NCBI GenBank assembly: GCA_934647235.1 | Contig: CAKUFG010000039.1 | Location: forward strand, 1-16,342 | From: an uncultured Clostridia bacterium | GTDB lineage: Bacteria > Bacillota > Clostridia > Christensenellales > Aristaeellaceae | Direction of reading: 5' to 3' | Length of the DNA: 16,342 nucleotides | In this document: piece by piece, positions 13,791 to 16,342 of the stretch | Numbering within the stretch: position 1 is the first letter of the stretch | How the letters are laid out: every line of letters begins with the position of its first letter | Made by a program: the position numbers and the translations under genes | Notes under the pieces: model-generated | Seen by the model: the letters and a program-made list of their open reading frames with translations, nothing else | Told to the model about the DNA's origin: nothing | Databases searched by the model: none

Positions 13791-14327
13791 TCACAGTCCG
13801 CCCAGGAGCAGCCCCAGCCCGGCGGCGAGCAGGATGGTTCTGGGCACGCTCCATTTGCCAAAGTACAGTACGGCGAAGGAGGCAAGGCCGATCAGGATTG
13901 CCTGCCAGGATACGCCGAAGAGCGAGCCTGCGTAGTTGGTCAGGGAGAGCTGGATAATCACGGCGGCGATCATGCCGATGCATACCGGGCGGATGCCGTA
14001 CAGGGCGTTCTGCAGCAGGCGGCTTTGCTTGAATTTGTTCAGAAATACCGCCGCCAGCATGCACAGCGTCAGCGTCGGGGCCAGCACGCCCAGGCTTGCG
14101 CACAGCGCGCCGGGGATGCCCGCCACCTGCGTGCCGGCAAAGGTGGCGCAGTTGATGCCCAGGGGGCCGGGGGTCATTTCGGCAATGGCCACGATATCGC
14201 TGACCTCCGTGGCCGTCATCCAGCCGTGGCTGAGCATTTCGGAGTTGATCAGGGGAATCATGGACATGCCGCCGAAGCTTGTAAAGCCGATCAGCAGGAA
14301 GGACACGAACAGCTCAATGTAGATCAT
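13791..14327 (-). CDS. chrA: Chromate transporter (CHR) family protein, short single-domain form, second of a pair (178 aa)
   Basis: ORF track 13791..14327. It is a hydrophobic protein with the CHR signature FTSFGGMSMIPLINSE...GWMT...EMTPGP. It overlaps the upstream partner gene by 14 nt. Confidence 0.88.
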   Translation of the reverse strand: MIYIELFVSFLLIGFTSFGGMSMIPLINSEMLSHGWMTATEVSDIVAIAEMTPGPLGINCATFAGTQVAGIPGALCASLGVLAPTLTLCMLAAVFLNKFKQSRLLQNALYGIRPVCIGMIAAVIIQLSLTNYAGSLFGVSWQAILIGLASFAVLYFGKWSVPRTILLAAGLGLLLGGL

Positions 14328-14880
14328 GGCGTGTTTTCACCTCCATCGCAAGCAGACCCGCTGCCGCGCCCAGCACGACGATAAGGATGTTGCTCAGCCC
14401 CGTAAACAGCGACAGCGCCGCTGCGCCCAGGGCCACCAGCCAGCAGATCCAATCCTTCAGCGCGCTTTTGGTCAGTTTCAGCAGCGCGCACAGGATGATG
14501 GGCACCACCGCCGCGCGCACGCCCATCATGGCCCGCGCGATATACAGGTTATCGTGCACCAGATTGTATACAAAGGTAACGCCGTACATGATCACGATGG
14601 GCGGCAGGCAGATGCCCGCCAGCGCAGCCAGCGCGCCGCCGAAGCCCGCCGCGTGATAGCCGAACAGCACGCTGGCGTTGCTGATCATCAGCCCCGGCAC
14701 GCTGCGGCCCACCGAGGTGAAATCCAGCAGCTCTTCATCCGTAATCCAATGCTTGTTTTCTACGTATTCCTTTTGAATCTGCGCCACAATGCTCCAGCCG
14801 CCGCCGAAGGTGAAGCAGCCGAATTTGAGAAACGTAAGGAAGATGCTCAGCACCCGGCCCTTTTCGGCCTTTTTCCGCAT
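14314..14880 (-). CDS. chrA: Chromate transporter (CHR) family protein, short single-domain form, first of a pair (~188 aa)
   Basis: ORF track 14314..14919, where the first codon is TTG. I prefer ATG 14880, 6 nt after GAAGGGA, but the start remains uncertain. The CHR signature reads FTFGGGWSIVAQIQKEYVENKHWITDEEL...VPG. Confidence 0.85.
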   Translation of the reverse strand: MRKKAEKGRVLSIFLTFLKFGCFTFGGGWSIVAQIQKEYVENKHWITDEELLDFTSVGRSVPGLMISNASVLFGYHAAGFGGALAALAGICLPPIVIMYGVTFVYNLVHDNLYIARAMMGVRAAVVPIILCALLKLTKSALKDWICWLVALGAAALSLFTGLSNILIVVLGAAAGLLAMEVKTRHDLH

Positions 14881-14925
14881 GGGGAATCCCTTCTTTCGCA
14901 TAGAATGTTTATTTTGCAAAGCGCC

Positions 14926-14953
14926 TTGCCAGCGTGCGGGTTTTTGCTAAGAT
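14926..14953 (+). promoter_or_regulatory. Putative promoter of the citXG-like gene (TTGCCA-16 nt-TGcTAAGAT)
   Basis: TTGCCA is at 14926..14931. A 16-nt spacer and an extended -10 TG at 14945..14946 precede TAAGAT at 14948..14953. Confidence 0.4.
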
Positions 14954-14987
14954 AATCGCATACAGCTGATCAAAGGGGCGAAACGAT

Positions 14988-15893
14988 ATGCGCAGCTTTG
15001 CGATGGGCGATGTGGGCGTGGCCGATATGGCGGCGGTGCGCGAGGCGCGGGCGATGCGCCAGCAGCGGCTGCTGATGCAGCGGGGCGCGCTGGTGTGCCT
15101 GACGGTGAACATTCCCGGCCCGCGCAAAACCTCGCCGCTGATTGCCGTCGCCTTTGAGGAGGGAAAGCGGCTGATTGCCCGGACCCTGCCGGGCGCGCTT
15201 CTAATGCATGAAGTCCGGGACAAGACGGGCTTTGAAGCCTGTTATCAGGCAGCGGACGATCCGCTAACTGTCAAGCGCGCGCTGTGCACGGTGGAGGATA
15301 CCGTGCCGCTCGGACGGCTGTTTGATATCGATGTGCTCACCCCGGCGGGGGATAAGGTATCCCGCGAGGCGCTGGGGCTGCCGCCCCGGCAGTGCTTTCT
15401 GTGCGGGAACCCTGCCTTTGTCTGCGCCCGCAGCCGCGCGCATTCCGTGCAGGCGATGACGGCCGAAATCGACCGCCGCATCCTGGCCTTTTATCGGGAG
15501 CGGACGATTGCGCATCTGAGCCATGCTGCGGTGGAGGCGCTGGAGCAGGAGGCCTGCACTACGCCCAAGCCTGGGCTGGTGGACGCGCGCAACTGCGGCT
15601 CGCATCCCGATATGAGCCTGCCGCTGCTGCTGCGCAGCGCGCATGCGCTGGCGGACTACTTTACGCAGTGCGCGACCCTGGGCTTCGACTGTGCGGAAGA
15701 GGAGCTGTTCCCGGCCCTGCAGGCGGCTGGCGTGCACGCTGAGGCGGATATGCTGGCCGTCACCGGTGGGGTGAATACGCATAAGGGCGCAGTGTTTTCG
15801 CTGGACGCGCTGACGCAGGAGGAACGCCAGATCATCGCCGACGGCTGCTTGATCAATCACTATAAAAACCATCGGGAGGAAGAAACATGCTGA
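14988..15893 (+). CDS. citXG: CitX (apo-citrate lyase phosphoribosyl-dephospho-CoA transferase) fused to an N-terminal fragment of CitG (triphosphoribosyl-dephospho-CoA synthase); the CitG part is truncated, so this may be a gene remnant
   Basis: ORF track 14988..15893. Residues ~30-165 match CitX (LTVNIPGPRK, LGRLFDIDVLTPAGDKVSREALGLPPRQCFLCGNPAFVCARSRAHS). Residues ~172-272 match the first third of CitG (TPKPGLVDARNCGSHPDM, GGVNTHKGAVFSL). After residue ~272 (nt ~15804) similarity stops, and a 29-aa unrelated tail carries the RBS of the next gene. Confidence 0.7.
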   Translation: MRSFAMGDVGVADMAAVREARAMRQQRLLMQRGALVCLTVNIPGPRKTSPLIAVAFEEGKRLIARTLPGALLMHEVRDKTGFEACYQAADDPLTVKRALCTVEDTVPLGRLFDIDVLTPAGDKVSREALGLPPRQCFLCGNPAFVCARSRAHSVQAMTAEIDRRILAFYRERTIAHLSHAAVEALEQEACTTPKPGLVDARNCGSHPDMSLPLLLRSAHALADYFTQCATLGFDCAEEELFPALQAAGVHAEADMLAVTGGVNTHKGAVFSLDALTQEERQIIADGCLINHYKNHREEETC

Positions 15894-16342
15894 GCCCATC
15901 CGAGGCGTTTCAAATTGCCGTGCCGCGCCGTCCTGCCGTGCTGTGCCTGAAGCGCGGGGAGGAGACGCAGCTGATTGCCGTCAACTGGTTTACCTGGCTG
16001 AACATGCGCAATCAGCCCATGATTTCCTACGCCATGGAGCGCAGCGCTGCCATGGGGCTGGATTTGCAGGAGAATGACGAATTGTACCTGGCTTTTCCGG
16101 AGCCTCGGGCGGTGGAGGGCTTCAAGGCCGGTCTGCATGCCCGCCCCGCTCCGGAGGGGCAGGAGGACGAAACCGATTCGCGCGTGACCAATCAATATGG
16201 CCTGCCGGTCATTCTGCCTGCGGGCACAGAGCTTGTGCTGCGCTGCACCCTGGCCCGCGCCTATAACTATCCGTTTAAAAAAGTGCGCATTTTCAACTGC
16301 AATTTTGAGGATGCGCAGCGCATCGGCAAACGAAAAAAGTAA
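15887..16342 (+). CDS. Small flavin-reductase-like (split beta-barrel) domain protein, tentative (151 aa)
   Basis: ORF track 15887..16342. GGGAGGAA lies 5 nt upstream, and the gene overlaps the previous ORF by 7 nt. The pattern PAVLCLKRGEETQLIAVNWFTWLNMRNQPMISYAM...DELYLAFP...LPVILPAGTELVLRCTL resembles the Flavin_Reduct fold layout. This assignment is by eye only. The stop codon is the last three bases of the window. Confidence 0.6.
   Translation: MLSPSEAFQIAVPRRPAVLCLKRGEETQLIAVNWFTWLNMRNQPMISYAMERSAAMGLDLQENDELYLAFPEPRAVEGFKAGLHARPAPEGQEDETDSRVTNQYGLPVILPAGTELVLRCTLARAYNYPFKKVRIFNCNFEDAQRIGKRKK

Noticed and set aside
13288-15899. Antisense or overlapping ORFs 13288..13935 (+), 13699..14103 (-), 13936..14384 (+), 14326..14955 (+), 14909..15223 (-) and 15264..15899 (-)
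   Set aside because: All overlap the confident yegP, chrA or citXG frames. They have Arg/Ala/Gly-rich translations without motifs.
1-16342. Searched for CRISPR repeats, tRNA/rRNA, IS elements, integrases, terminal inverted repeats, phage genes, toxin-antitoxin pairs and known defence-system genes
   Set aside because: None were found. The only repeats are the short regulatory-scale ones listed above. The XRE-HD gene has no adjacent small partner ORF that would make it a two-gene TA module.

Overview
The window is a high-GC chromosomal segment. Strong GGAGG Shine-Dalgarno sites, a PyrR-type attenuator and a FeoB-associated Cys-rich peptide gene point to Firmicutes/Clostridia, possibly Oscillospiraceae-like; this is a guess from sequence style only. 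I support 20 protein-coding genes, left to right:
- feoB (partial) and feoA on the minus strand
- a 513-aa lipoprotein with two internal Ig-like repeats
- a tightly coupled four-gene cassette: a long PRPP-synthetase-like gene, a tail-anchored coiled-coil protein, a Gly/Ala-rich protein and a GNAT acetyltransferase
- a PyrR-binding attenuator leader followed by the uracil permease pyrP
- a TetR regulator followed by oleate hydratase
- a second, complete feoA-feoB-Cys-rich peptide operon on the minus strand
- a monocistronic XRE-HTH::RelA/SpoT-type HD (small alarmone hydrolase-like) fusion gene
- a tandem-DUF1508 YegP-like gene
- a split chromate-transporter pair
- a CitX-CitG fusion whose CitG part is cut off
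- a small flavin-reductase-like gene.
I found no rRNA, tRNA, CRISPR array, transposase, integrase or recognisable phage or defence gene. The many long antisense ORFs are high-GC artefacts. I do not see a clear multi-gene novel system. The three items most worth follow-up are the HTH-alarmone-hydrolase fusion with the repeat- and palindrome-laden divergent region it shares with feoAB, the prs-linked cassette with two unrecognisable membrane proteins, and the orphan truncated citXG. All motif calls were made by eye without database searches. Fine coordinates of short motifs may be off by 1-2 nt.
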